From Eremomyces bilateralis CBS 781.70 (lineage: Eukaryota), in assembly GCA_010015585.1 (NCBI GenBank), contig ML975149.1: a stretch of DNA of 64,000 nt. One strand, written 5' to 3'. Numbering within the stretch: position 1 is the first letter of the stretch; each line of letters starts with the position of its first letter. Positions 24,286 through 36,800 of the stretch are shown piece after piece. Position numbers and translations under genes: made by a program. The notes beneath the pieces were generated by a model that saw nothing but the letters and a program-made list of their open reading frames with translations, was not told the DNA's origin and did not search any database.

Positions 24286-25086
24286 TCAACCCAAACAATG
24301 AGTATACCAGAAAGCCCTCTTCGGCCTGATCAGGTGCCAGACGCTCATCGGAAACAGCCCTCCGCTCACCGCGGTGAAGATTGCGAGGCACACAGAGCTG
24401 AAGCGGAAATACATGCCGGCATTGGAGTTTAGTAACGCAAACTGGAAGTTGAGTGTGCTGAAGATGATCACGTTGGGCATGATGCGGTCGGCTATTGCGG
24501 TGCTGGGGGAACTCGAGTTCAACAAGGACCAGTTGAAACCGGTGAGGACGGTGGTGCAGAGAATGAGGGCGTGGAAGAGGGCCAACCTGAGGTATTCTTC
24601 GACCGCTGCGGAGTTCATGATCAGCTTTAATACTCTATGAGTACGGTACTACCGCGTGCATACAATATCGAAAACCGGACTTCTTGAGTGATCAAAGTTA
24701 TAATTGTCTCCAGCGGAGTCACTATACGAGCAACACCGAAGATGCACGATCAACTTCAAGTTCTATGTAGGGACGACGGTAGGGTCGGTGGATGCGTGCC
24801 CGTCGGTTCCCGGACCTCGTGGGTGATCAACGTTATCAGCGCCGTTCTTGACCAAAACACGAGAACCAAGCCTTGGGTGAATGTCCAGGCGGCGGAAAGG
24901 AGGAAGAAATTTCGTAGATGTCCTGTCGGCTGGATTAGCATTCATAAACATATAGGCATCAGCACAAATGCTTACATCCATAACGACCCAAACCAATCCA
25001 TTGATATCCCGGCCCGTCTGTCCGACAAACCTTAGATTGATGTGTGTGGACGTGAAATGATCAATAACGCTTAAAGGATTTATCAA
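24286..25086 (-). CDS. Probable small multi-exon membrane protein or its pseudogene; family unknown
   Basis: Intron 24975-24930 (GTAAGC..GCTAAT-CCAG) joins ..GLVWVVMD in phase to PTGHLRNFFLLSAAWTFTQGLVLVFW. Another intron-like segment (GTATGC..GCTGAT..CAG, about 24663-24605) precedes a hydrophobic last exon. A duplicated 9-codon block differs only at third positions. The 5' end is unresolved. Confidence 0.4.
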
Positions 25087-25810
25087 ATGGAATATAGAGA
25101 TGACAGGTAGGAAGTGACCTCCCAGGCCTCAACCGAGAGGTCCACTGGAGTACGACGGGGACATGTTGTCTTCGTCGGCGGCCATGTAGCAACATCAAAG
25201 GATGCCATATCTCCCCTCAACGCATAACAAAATAGCATGGAGAAAACGAGAGTAAGACGAAGAGGTGGCGGAATGGCGCTTCCCATTGGGGGATCTTCCA
25301 TATCGATACGATATGCCATGCGGATATGCGCTGTTGAGCTACCAGGATTAGAGTTGCATATCATAATGTCATTGTGCTTGTGATGGTGAAATCTTATGTG
25401 ATCGGCAAATGTTTTCTGCCATGGGGATTCTGATAGGTATTCCATGTATTCCAAATCGGCGATTTTGGGATGAGTAGCGTATTCTTGAATGAATCAGACA
25501 CTGTTCGGGAGTCAATTGGAAGACGGGCGACATGCGATGCTCGCAATATCACCACTAAATTCTCAATTCTCATATCTGACATCTGCATCGTCATGCGGGG
25601 CGCTGTTCCTGACGTTGGAACTCGTTGGGATTTTATCAGTCCAGGCCTTCAGGGTCAGGTAGGTTGAGGAAGATGAGTGTTGATGTGCGAAAGACAATAT
25701 TGATGACAATATTCATGACGGGAGGAAATCTTCATTCTAAGAATCCAGGGTTTAACTAGACAGCGGCATTGCCGGTCAATTGTCCGCTTCCAACCTTATT
25801 AACTGAGTTG

Positions 25811-25830
25811 CGTAACCTTTCGTAACCTTT
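25811..25830. repeat. Tandem duplication (CGTAACCTTT)x2
   Basis: Exact 10-bp duplication about 300 bp upstream of the VSB1-like start. Confidence 0.8.
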
Positions 25831-26134
25831 CTCGTCTGGGTCTGGGCCGTCGGTTTTCTATTGAGTCCTTTTGGTTTGCCTTTCTCAATTGATCTATCTT
25901 CCATTTGTATTCTAAGCTACCTGGACCGGATTGAATTGAGACGTCAGAATTTCATCCGCTCGCGATATCGTCATTTACATGTCGCGCCACCAACATCCGC
26001 GTCTATTGTTAATTCTCAGAGGCACATTGCTACTCAACCCCCAAGTCCCATCCTATTGTCTCAATTATACCTCGTAATTGTAGCGATTGCTACCGCGTCG
26101 TCGCCGAAGCGTCGATTCCTATCAATTCCGCCAG

Positions 26135-29100
26135 ATGCCCTCCAAACCACCGCCGACGAACTCCCACCGATTCGATCACTCCTCCGCCTCTCCCGCATCG
26201 TCTCATCGATACGCACAAACGCTCGACTCGTCGACCCTAGACGACCGGTCTATTGCTGGAGAAGATGACGACCTCGACGGTGGATCTGTGTCCGGATATT
26301 CTCGGGGAAGGACTGTGAACCGCAGGAAAAGAAGCCATAGCACGGCGAGTCTCGGCGCACAGTTCTTGAGCACAAGCTACGGGGGAACTGAGAAGAGGCC
26401 GACGAGGAGCTATCTGCATAGTGCAAGCCATGGACCTGATGGTAGGTATACCATATTTTGATTTTGGCGGCCTGAGCGTGGGTGCGATTTAGATCGGGAC
26501 GATACACCTACTGCGTATATTCGTGTTCTGTGCTGACCACCGCCTGCTAGAACCGCTACAATTCTCCTCAGAAGGCGTTCGCAAACAGACGCAAGAACTC
26601 GCATCATGGGCCCTCGGCGACTCACCCTCCCAACCCCCGCAACTAGAAGCTCTATTCGATAACGATCCCGAACGGTCACACCTCGACGTGGGGACTAGCG
26701 GCGATTCCTTACATCCCGAGGTCATCGAAGAAGAATCGAGCCAGGACGAGACGTCGACGGAGGGGTCGTCGATACCAAAAAGCCGATTAACGGAATTGAT
26801 AAGGGGGGAAGAGTCGGCCGCACAACAGGAACCCCTTGAACAGAACGATCGAGCCAGCACCCGCAGCGAAGTAGTTTCCCGCTCAGGTCGTCGGAAAGAC
26901 TCAGGGGAGACAGCTCCGCTACTCCCGAAACGTCGAGTCTCCGAAGACGCGTCGACAGACTACGGCACGAATGGGCACGGGCAGTACGTGGAAGGAGGAG
27001 AGCAGCTTAAACGCAGGGAGAAAAAATATCCAACTTGGGGAAAAGTGAAGGGGGACGTAGTAGACGTCCTTCGAACGCTGACGGAGCCGAAGAGGTGGAA
27101 TGGGAGGGCGATGCTGCAGAAAGGGGTGATGGCGCCCATAAAGACGTTACCCGCAGTCTTTCTGGGCTGGCTACTGAATGTGTTGGACGCATTGAGTTAT
27201 GGTGAGTTTGATTCGTCCAGCACGGTGGACGTATAACTTCAGACTATGAATCCGCCTCGACGGCCACTTTCCCTCCGCTAGGGCCTGTCGAAGTCGACAC
27301 CTTCAGCTAATGTTTCATAGGCATGATTCTATTTCCCCTCGGCCATCCGTTCTTCGAAGACACTGGCCCGGATGGTATCTCCATGTTCTTCGTAAGCTGT
27401 ATCGTATCACAGTTAATTTATTCCTGCGGCGCCTCATCGTTCCGAGGAGGCGTCGGTTCCGAAATGGTTCGTCCTCCATGCGACCGGACTCATACAATCA
27501 ACACACTAATAGGATCTAGATCGAAGTGGTCCCCTTCTTCCACAAAATGACATACTTAATCCTCGCCCACATGGGCCCGGATGCTGAGCGTTCAGCCGTT
27601 GTCGCGACCGTCATCACATCCTATGCTCTCTCCTCCATCGTCACTGGCCTCATATTCTTCTCCCTCGGCGCCCTCCGGCTAGGATCGCTGGTTTCCTTCT
27701 TCCCCCGAAGCATCCTCACCGGCTGTATCGGCGGTGTGGGCATCTTCCTCTTCATAACTGGCATCGAGGTGTCTGCTCGATTGGACGGGAACCTGAGCTA
27801 CAACCTCGAGACGGCCCAGGAACTGTTCAGTGCCAAAACCGCGCCGCTGTGGATCGTGCCTTTGGCCCTGGCTGTCCTCCTGCGTGTCCTGAAGAAAGTA
27901 CGGGATCACGAGGCATTATTACCGGGATTCTTTATCGCTATTGTCGTCATCTTCTACATTGTCGTCGTGGCCACGCCCAGCTTGAACCTGGATAAAGTGC
28001 GGAATGCTGGCTGGGTGTTCGAGCAGCCCGGGAGCAATGTCCCCTTTTGGAGATTTTATACCTACTACAGTAAGAACCCAAGATCCTTCAGGTCTTTTTG
28101 TTTGCTCGACAGTCTACTCACTAAACACCCGCATTTGCAGAATTCAACCAAGTCGACGTAGCCGCTCTCACTCGGACCATCCCCTCGATGTTCGCCCTCT
28201 CCTTTTTCGGCATCCTCCACGTGCCGATCAACGTCCCCGCTCTCGCCATCGCCGTCGGCGAAGACGATGTTAACGTGAACCGCGAATTGATCGCGCACGG
28301 CCTGAGCAACACGATCAGTGGGGTCGTCGGGAGCATCCAAAACTACCTCGTGTACGCCAACAGTGCCATATTCATCCGAAACGGCGGGGATAGTCGCCTG
28401 GCGGGACTCCTCCTTGCTGCTGCGACCGGGGCGACGTGGATTGCGGGACCGGGGCTCGTGGGATACATTCCGGTGATGATCGTTGGCGCTCTAATTTACT
28501 TTTTGGGCATCGAACTAATGGAAGAGGCGTTGTGGGATAGCTTTGGAAAGACGCATATGCTGGAATACATAATGGTGAGTCGCGTTATACTTTGAAGAGG
28601 CGCAAGGCCATGATACTAATAAATATGCAGATTGTTGCTATTTCTCTAATAATGGGCTTCTACGACTTTGTTGTCGGCGTTGTTACTGGCATTGTCCTTG
28701 CCTGTCTCATCTTCGTCGTTCAGACCTCTCAAGTCTCCGCCGTCCGCGCTACTTACTCCGGCGTTGTCGCAGAATCGACGGTACGACGCCATCCCCTCCA
28801 AAGACGGTTCCTCCGAGAAGTGGGCTCCCAGGTCTACCTTGCCAAACTGGCCGGCTACCTTTTCTTCGGCACCATCGTCGCGGTCGAGAACCGAGTCCGC
28901 GAGCTCGTCGACGAGGAGCGCTTCCTCCAGAAGCCTATCAAATACTTCATCTTCGACCTCCAGCACGTCACCGGCATCGACTTCAGTGCTGCCGACGCCT
29001 TCAGCCGCATGCACCGCATCCTCCGCCGCCGCAATGTTGAGATGCTCCTCTCCGGCCTCAGTCCCTCCGGCACCGTCGGCCGCTCCCTCACCATGGTGAA

Positions 29101-29257
29101 GCTCCTCGATGAAGAGCACGCCGACCCGGAGTACCCGCCCCCCCGCGTCTTCGAGGACCTCAACAAAGCCCTCGAGGCCTGCGAGAACGAGCTCCTCCTC
29201 GCCTTCCGCGCCCGCCACGAGGCCCTCTCCGCCGCCCAACAGCCCACATCGCCCCAC
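26135..29257 (+). CDS. VSB1: SLC26/SulP transporter with STAS domain, Vsb1/YGR125W-like; 3' end lost in the gap
   Basis: Exons 26135-26441, 26551-27201, 27321-27466, 27520-28069, 28141-28574, 28631-gap. Motifs PAVFLGWLLNVLDALSYGMILFP, GGVGSEMIEVVPFFH, FFPRSILTGCIGGVG, ILHVPINVPAL, GSIQNYLVYANS, STAS LAGYLFFGT..GIDFSAA..VFEDLNKALEACENELL. Confidence 0.88.
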
Positions 29258-29917
29258 NNNNNNNNNNNNNNNNNNNNNNNNNNNNNNNNNNNNNNNNNNN
29301 NNNNNNNNNNNNNNNNNNNNNNNNNNNNNNNNNNNNNNNNNNNNNNNNNNNNNNNNNNNNNNNNNNNNNNNNNNNNNNNNNNNNNNNNNNNNNNNNNNNN
29401 NNNNNNNNNNNNNNNNNNNNNNNNNNNNNNNNNNNNNNNNNNNNNNNNNNNNNNNNNNNNNNNNNNNNNNNNNNNNNNNNNNNNNNNNNNNNNNNNNNNN
29501 NNNNNNNNNNNNNNNNNNNNNNNNNNNNNNNNNNNNNNNNNNNNNNNNNNNNNNNNNNNNNNNNNNNNNNNNNNNNNNNNNNNNNNNNNNNNNNNNNNNN
29601 NNNNNNNNNNNNNNNNNNNNNNNNNNNNNNNNNNNNNNNNNNNNNNNNNNNNNNNNNNNNNNNNNNNNNNNNNNNNNNNNNNNNNNNNNNNNNNNNNNNN
29701 NNNNNNNNNNNNNNNNNNNNNNNNNNNNNNNNNNNNNNNNNNNNNNNNNNNNNNNNNNNNNNNNNNNNNNNNNNNNNNNNNNNNNNNNNNNNNNNNNNNN
29801 NNNNNNNNNNNNNNNNNNNNNNNNNNNNNNNNNNNNNNNNNNNNNNNNNNNNNNNNNNNNNNNNNNNNNNNNNNNNNNNNNNNNNNNNNNNNNNNNNNNN
29901 NNNNNNNNNNNNNNNNN
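29258..29917. other. Assembly gap (660 N)
   Basis: Run of N. Confidence 1.
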
Positions 29918-31172
29918 TTGACGGCAAGAGTTGGTTGTGTGGAATATGTACAATTTGTTGGAAGATGCCGGTTTCTAGCAGGGATTGGATTGAGATTTGA
30001 GAGGGTTTATTTTCACGATATACGGTCTCTGGGTTTCATAGTTCAAAATACCCCTTTAGATACAGGTTAAATAGCGTCACCGCATGTAGAACAATTGTCC
30101 AACAATCAGGAGGCCGCGGCTCTAGTATACCTTCTCCTCTAAGCAACATGTCGGGGGCGCCTTTTGTCCGGGAAACGCGATGTTAATAAGGAAAAGAAAT
30201 ATCACACATCATTGCACCCGACGTTTCAAGTATTCACCACTTCCATTAAGGTATCGTATTATTACAGGTTTTCCTCCACTGATCTCTGTTCATTCCACTT
30301 CCACCACTCAATTCCCGCCGCCGCAAAAGAGCCACTCACCCTGCTTGGATAGAAGTACACAATATGAACCACCGAACGAGCGAATTTCGGCCACGCAGCC
30401 GCGCCAGACCATCTTTAACGCCATGAAGCACACGAAACGCCCATCTTCCCAGTGCGCAGGAGGCGAATAACGTACAGTACATATGAAGACCGCTCTCCGT
30501 TCCGGTTCAGCGAGTGATGAGGAAGGAAAGGAAAAAAAATGGAGTGAGTGAACGACGGAGGCGAGGACGTCGCAACGCCAACCGATCCGTCAAAATATGT
30601 CGGTCGAAGTAAAAAAGAAATCCGCTCTATCAACAACTCGGGCGCCTTGAGAATAAGACGACCCGGAAACGAAACCGATGTGCTCCATGCAGATGCAAAG
30701 TAAGGTAAGTAGGTAACGCTCGCTGCGTCAACCAAATATCGATATTTCGGAATCCGTGAACGGTCCGTGAAAGGAAAGAAAAACGCGATTGCGCGCCCAT
30801 CGCCCGCTTGAAAACGACGCGGAGAAAACGAATCGAACCCCTCTAAATGCGGGATGAGGATCGCAGGGAAAAAGGAGTATGAAGAGTAGAATGCTGCAGT
30901 CTAATGCGATCCGCTCGATGCACGAAAGGTATCTGATCTAGAAGAACGGGAAAATATGGGTAAGTATATGGTGACAAACAAAGGAAAAGTTGCGAAAATT
31001 GAGACGCGGTGAATGGCCGTTCCGGCCACTTTGGTGGGTTACCCCCCGAAAATGTAGCCCGTAAATCTGTCCCCCAAGGAATTTTGATGCCCAACGCCTC
31101 GGATATCGGAAGGAATGGAGTCCGCCCGCCCAGATGCATCGAGAACCTCGTGCTGCTCGAACCTTCGATCCG

Positions 31173-33845
31173 CTACCGCCACATCGGCCCATTGAACAGA
31201 CTCGCCGCCGCCGTGGCCGCAAAGCCGTCATCATCATCGTATGGCGGCGTCGGCCATTTCGGATTCAAGTCGACCTTGCGCTGCGGTTGGACGATGTCGA
31301 CGGGTTTGCTTGACGCGTTTCGGCCCTGGGGGAGGTTCAGGCCCATGTTTCGCGGACCGGAGGGACCGTTTGCGGAGGGCGAGGGGGTGAGGTACGAGTA
31401 GTTGTTGCTCGGTGGGTGGTAGGTCGGTGTCTGGTGGGAGGGGGCGTTGGAGGGGACTACGCGGACGGAGGATTGATGCTGGAGGGGGGCAGGGACGCGA
31501 TGGACGGGGTTGTGAGGGTTGGGCGTGAGGTTGGGGGAGTTGAGCATTGAGTGTGGGTTGAAGGAGGTGTAGGCAGCTGGTGGTGGGGTCGGCGCCACGG
31601 GCGCGGGTGAGGAGATTTGCATTCGAGAGGCAGCGGTGTGTGCTGATAGTAGCGCCTCGTCTAACAGTTCTTCTTCTTCGTTGGGGGTCTCATACCGGCC
31701 ATTGCCTGGGACGTGTTTAGAAACCTGACGTTGTGGTGGCCGGCGAGCTCTTGCATTAGGAGGGGTCCCATCCGCGCCGTCCGGGGTATGGAGTGAGCCA
31801 GTGTGATTAGAGTTGTGTCGCTTTAGAAGTGAGGCGGCGGAAAGTCGATGCTTTTGAGCGGTCGGTGTCGATTGGTCCATGCTCGACCGAACATTCTGCA
31901 GGGCTTTATCAAGCTCGGTGAAATTGGCTTGCGGCTGAACGGCGGCGTTGCTCGAGTCCACGATCATCGAGCCTCGATTGCTAGCCATGTTGGACCAAGG
32001 AGCGCAGCCGGCATTGGCTTCGATGTCATCCGAGTTCGGAGACGGGGGCGCCTGGTGCTTCCCAGAGAGCCGTCGAGCTCGTTTTCGCAGATGTGAGAAG
32101 AATCCTTCTCTATGGGTCGAGGCTGGCGATGCGACTCCGCCGCGTTGGCCATTGAGCGCGCGTTCCGCCTCTTGCCGGTGAATGTCGGCATAGTGGTTCG
32201 TTTGCGAAGCAACCGACAATTGTCTTCCGATCTTCTGTTTGGATTGCTGGGCTTGATGTGTACGGGCATTTTTTGCCTGAGCAGTGACGGCGTTTGACAG
32301 AGGCGATATTGGTCGAATGGACGGGAGGATCGGGATTGGGGCGGCGTGAGACGGCAGTCCGTTTGCCCATGTTGCTCGTTTGGAGTTAACTCCTGCTGCT
32401 TTCACTTGAGGGGCTGCTGGCGGCTGCGTCGTTACAAATTCCACATCCGGAGTGGTTTGAGCGGGAACGGGCGTCGGCCTCGGCGATGCCGTTTGTGACA
32501 TGACGGATGGTTGTGGTACCGTCGGTGCACTTTCTCGTGCAACATAGGATTTCCGGAACCAAGATGTCTTCGCCGACAACCCTGGTACGGTGTCCTTTAG
32601 GTTTGTCGAGGACGTGTCGGCGTGCTTACGGCCAAGCAATTTCGATGATGACGATGTTTTTGGTCGCAACGGATCGATCGCATCTTGGAAATATTCGTGT
32701 TCCAGAGCTTGACGTGACGTGGGACGAGCTTTCGGATCCCACATCAAGCACCAGGTCACAAACTCGGCAAGACTTGAGGGCCACTGCGGAGGTTGCAGAA
32801 TCGATTCTAATGAATGGGGGGCCATCTACAAAGGCGTCAGTGTGAATTGTGACACCCACATGGACGAAAACGAACCTTTGGGAACTGGAAGCCCAATTTC
32901 TGTGCGAGCTTGACTCCTTCCTTCCACTCACCACCACCAACGCGCACTCCTTGCTTGTTGACCCAGGCTCCAGGGCTACCCATAATCTCGCACACCCGCC
33001 AGACTTGGTCGACCTCATTGCTTCCTGGAAACAAGGGCTTCAGCGTCGCAATTTCCACCGCCATCGCACCGATTGCCCAGATGTCTACGGGTGCAGAATA
33101 TTGTCCGGCTCGTAGTAACACTTCAGGTGCTCGGTACCATCTTGTTGAGACGTATGTAGTGTAGGCAAGTTTTGAATGAGTTTCGCGGGCCAGTCCAAAG
33201 TCGGCGATTTTGATGGTGTACGCAGGAGGAGTTGAAGGAGGAGTGACGAGGGCAGAATACCGCTTGAACGCGCTGCCAGAATCTTGAGGGGATGATGTCG
33301 ACACGAGAATATTCTCGGGTTTGATGTCACGGTGGAAGAAATGGTGATCGTGGATGTGCTCCAAACCGGAGATGATTTGGAACAGGACGCTCTTGACGCT
33401 TGCAGGATCTAACTGCTTATGATCCCGGGATTTCATCAGCTGGTAGAGATTCCCATCCATGTACTCCATCGCGATATGAAGCTTCTTCGTCAACGGATCG
33501 AGAAAGATGTCGAGGGCAGGGACCAAGTGAGGGTGGTTCGGGAGAGTTTTGAGGAAAATGACCTCTCGAAGATCCAAACACTGATTGAAACTATCGAATG
33601 TCTTCTTCATCGTCTTGATGGCCACCTGTATTGTATTAGAACACGATCTTGTAACGATCGAATACCATATATACCATAGTGTTCCGTCGAGCGATGTGGG
33701 CGCCAGCGCTCCGCACTCGAGCAACTGCAACGCTTCCGAAACTGCCATCTCCGATATCTTTGATGACTTCGAACTTGTCGTCCAGGCACACAGCGCCGCT
33801 GGGTTGCGCGTAGCTCCGATATGACGCGTCGTATGCGACCGTCAT
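31173..33845 (-). CDS. IME2: Ime2/MAK/ICK-family protein kinase
   Basis: Exons 33845-33675, 33625-32876, 32825-31173. Motifs IGDGSFGSV, VAIKTMKK, HRDIKPENIL, IADFGLARE, TxY activation loop YTTYVSTRWYRAPE; long fungal C-tail ending in WPTPPY. Confidence 0.93.
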
Positions 33846-36800
33846 CTTGGATGATGTTAGGGATATGTCGAGTATAGTTAGGGCGACTGGAGGTCCGAAA
33901 GACGATAGCTCTCAGCTTGTGGGAGCGTGACGAGTTCCAGAGACCTTCGCGAAGCTGCTTGCTTATCGAGTATATCCCATGGCCAGCAACTAAGAAGTGT
34001 GACAAAGGAGAAGTTTCGGAAGGAGGGAGGTCCTTGAGGAGTTGATCGTCTTCCTTCGAAGCTCAAAGTGTCAACGGTCCACAAGGTGTCAATGCCGATT
34101 AGAGAACCAGAACGACGGAGCGAACAGGGTCCAAGCTGGCTAACCGGACGCTTAAAGCAAATAGTAAAAGGAGTGACGGCCTGACGGTGATGGCTGATGA
34201 GCAAGAGCAAAGGTATTGGTGAAGTGGTGAACCGATGATCCAGGCGAGGAGTGACCTGGCGACTGGCGTGGAGATTCTGGTCCAGGACCACGGAACGGGT
34301 CAGGAAGCACAGAGACAGAGGCGTTCAGCGATGGGGCATGCGGATTTAGAGCGACAAGGACCGTCCAAGGATATCGAATAAAGTCATCAAACGAACGTCG
34401 CGGATGGCTTCCGGTCCATGGTAAGGAGGGAGTGGCTTGGAACGGTTGTGATAGCTCCTAGGAACGTGCGTTGGATCGCAAGCGTGATCTCAACAGATTT
34501 AAGCCTTTTCGTTTCTGAATAGGGTGTTAAAACTGAAAAGATGCAAGTCGATCGTCGGTCTTGGGAATCTTAAACGGAAAGAAGAGCAGCGTGATTGACG
34601 GGAGTCGAGCGACGGTCAGGTCACTATTGACGATTGACGATGGACAATAGGACCGGTGTGAAAGGGTCGCATAAGGTACGTACCCAGTAGTGAGACAGCA
34701 GCCAGCTCATCGAACTTCCCTTTGGCCGTCCGAGTCGGGTTTCTTTGAGAATGGACCAAGGAGAGATTGGATGAAAAACCGGAGGTGCATTTGCCAAACC
34801 CAAAGAGGCTCACGTCTCCAGTTCACTTCGCAGGTGGGCGGTGGGCATGAATCATTCCCGCACAATTTCGGGTAGGTTTGAGGGTTTGAGATAGGCTGGG
34901 TGCACTGACCGCGTCTTCCCTGGATTGCCGTTGCATGAGGGACGAGCCAGAGAGTGTGGAGGAACTTTTGGCGGGACTTGGAATCGTCCCTTAATTTTTG
35001 GGAAAAGGAGAACGCTTGAAAAGAAAAGAGATTGCGGCGTTTTAGAAAGTAATATTGCGGTTTTGCGGAGCTTCTGGAAAGACAGGGGCGGCGTGGGACC
35101 TGAAGGGGATGGGATGACCGGGGTCACAGTGAACTAACTGAGTGGAGAGGCTGAGGAACTGGAGGTGTTCCCCCAACACTCTAACTCCAAGGTGCTGACT
35201 ACTGCGAGCGCTACTCGCTGGCGGCGGGGATATTGTTGTTTAGCATCAGATAGGACTTAATTAGGAGGGCGATATTGGGTAGGATTTGCGGGAGGAGTGG
35301 AGAGAATGAAGTGGAGGAGGAATCTCTTCGAAGGTGGAAGTTGAAGTTGGTGTGATGCCTAAGCTGCCTAACATGCCTTATATCAGCCTGATATGAGGGT
35401 CCAAATCAGGAAGTGAGGGACCGACAGGCGGATTTTGAAGGAAGGAACGACCAACCGACGTATGCGTATATCCAACTCATAAATCATAATTCCAGTGACT
35501 CTGACGATTTCATTCGCCAATATTATTAAGATATTTATTGTCGCTTGTAGTACATGTACACCGTAAAGGATTGCTGCGGGTGCCGAAGATTATTCGGTAA
35601 CTTCGCCAGGAGAATGTCGATCTGGTCGGTGGTCCAGCCCATGTCGGGGATGGGCATTGGGAAAATAGGGGGTGATGAACTAACTGGAGAGACGGCCCTA
35701 TCCGCTCTTCCGGCCGCAAGCCATCCTCTCGACCTCTCTCCTCCCTCCTTGCAGCATCAGGCCGGGAGACACGGACCATCACTTCGGCCACTCAAAGTTT
35801 GGTGCTCCGTAATACTAACACTGCCGCCTGCCCCGAATCTGCTCGTGCTGGGCTTTGTTTACTTTTTTGGCATCTTTAGTACGCGATTATTGGTTCTTAT
35901 TTCGAGACATGCTGCTTGTCCCCGTCACTGTCATCTATGATTCTCCAGAGCCTGCGGCAGATAGCCCCTTTTGGCACATAAACCGAGTTATGTCCACCAG
36001 TATCGTAATCTTACTGGGCCCCATAACGTGACCCGCTTGCTTTTGCCGGTCGAAACTAACATTGGGTGCAGATTTGAGTGCAGGACTGCAGATGTACCAG
36101 GCATTTATCCGCATCAACGAGCCTATCGCGAACGATTCTGATGGGAAGTCGCCAACTATTGGGCACGATTTTTGGGAAATTCTCTAATTACTGCAGCTTC
36201 GGGAGACAACACAGCAAAGCATTATTCTGGATTCACCGCTTTCAATAGCCCATCGGTCGAACAAGCATAATGTGTTTCTAGTAGGGATCATCAAGAGGGC
36301 AGTATCATGGTGCAACCTCCAAAACCCGTTGGGCGCGGTCCGTACCTGCAATTCGTCATTTCCCGTCGGTGCCAGAAAATGAGAAAATTAGGCGCATCCT
36401 GGTTCGTGCTCATCGCGGTCGTTTCCCGCGTGTTTAGTGTTCACATCATCACCAATTCACAAGTGATAAATAAACTCGAGGCGCAATTTCAGGGACGATC
36501 CAACATCGAACAGGGCCTAACAGATTCCCTGGAGACCGGAGATCACCAAGATGGCGAGGTCGTGTCATACAGTGCATTCTTACCAGCCTTTACCACCTTC
36601 CAATTTCCAGCATTTAAAACGAATCAATTTTTTTTTCTTCTCCCGTGTGTCAATGCGGCAGGAAAATTGATCACCGAGACGCGGTTATTCTAATGCATTG
36701 CCCTTGATGTTGCGAGTTGCCTCGGACCAAGCTTCAATGGACAACGCACAACAGTGACATGCGACAGCCGACAGCTATCATCAGATCACTGATCGTGTAA

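Noticed and set aside
28646..30070. Long ORFs containing runs of X
   Set aside because: Artefacts of translating the N gap.
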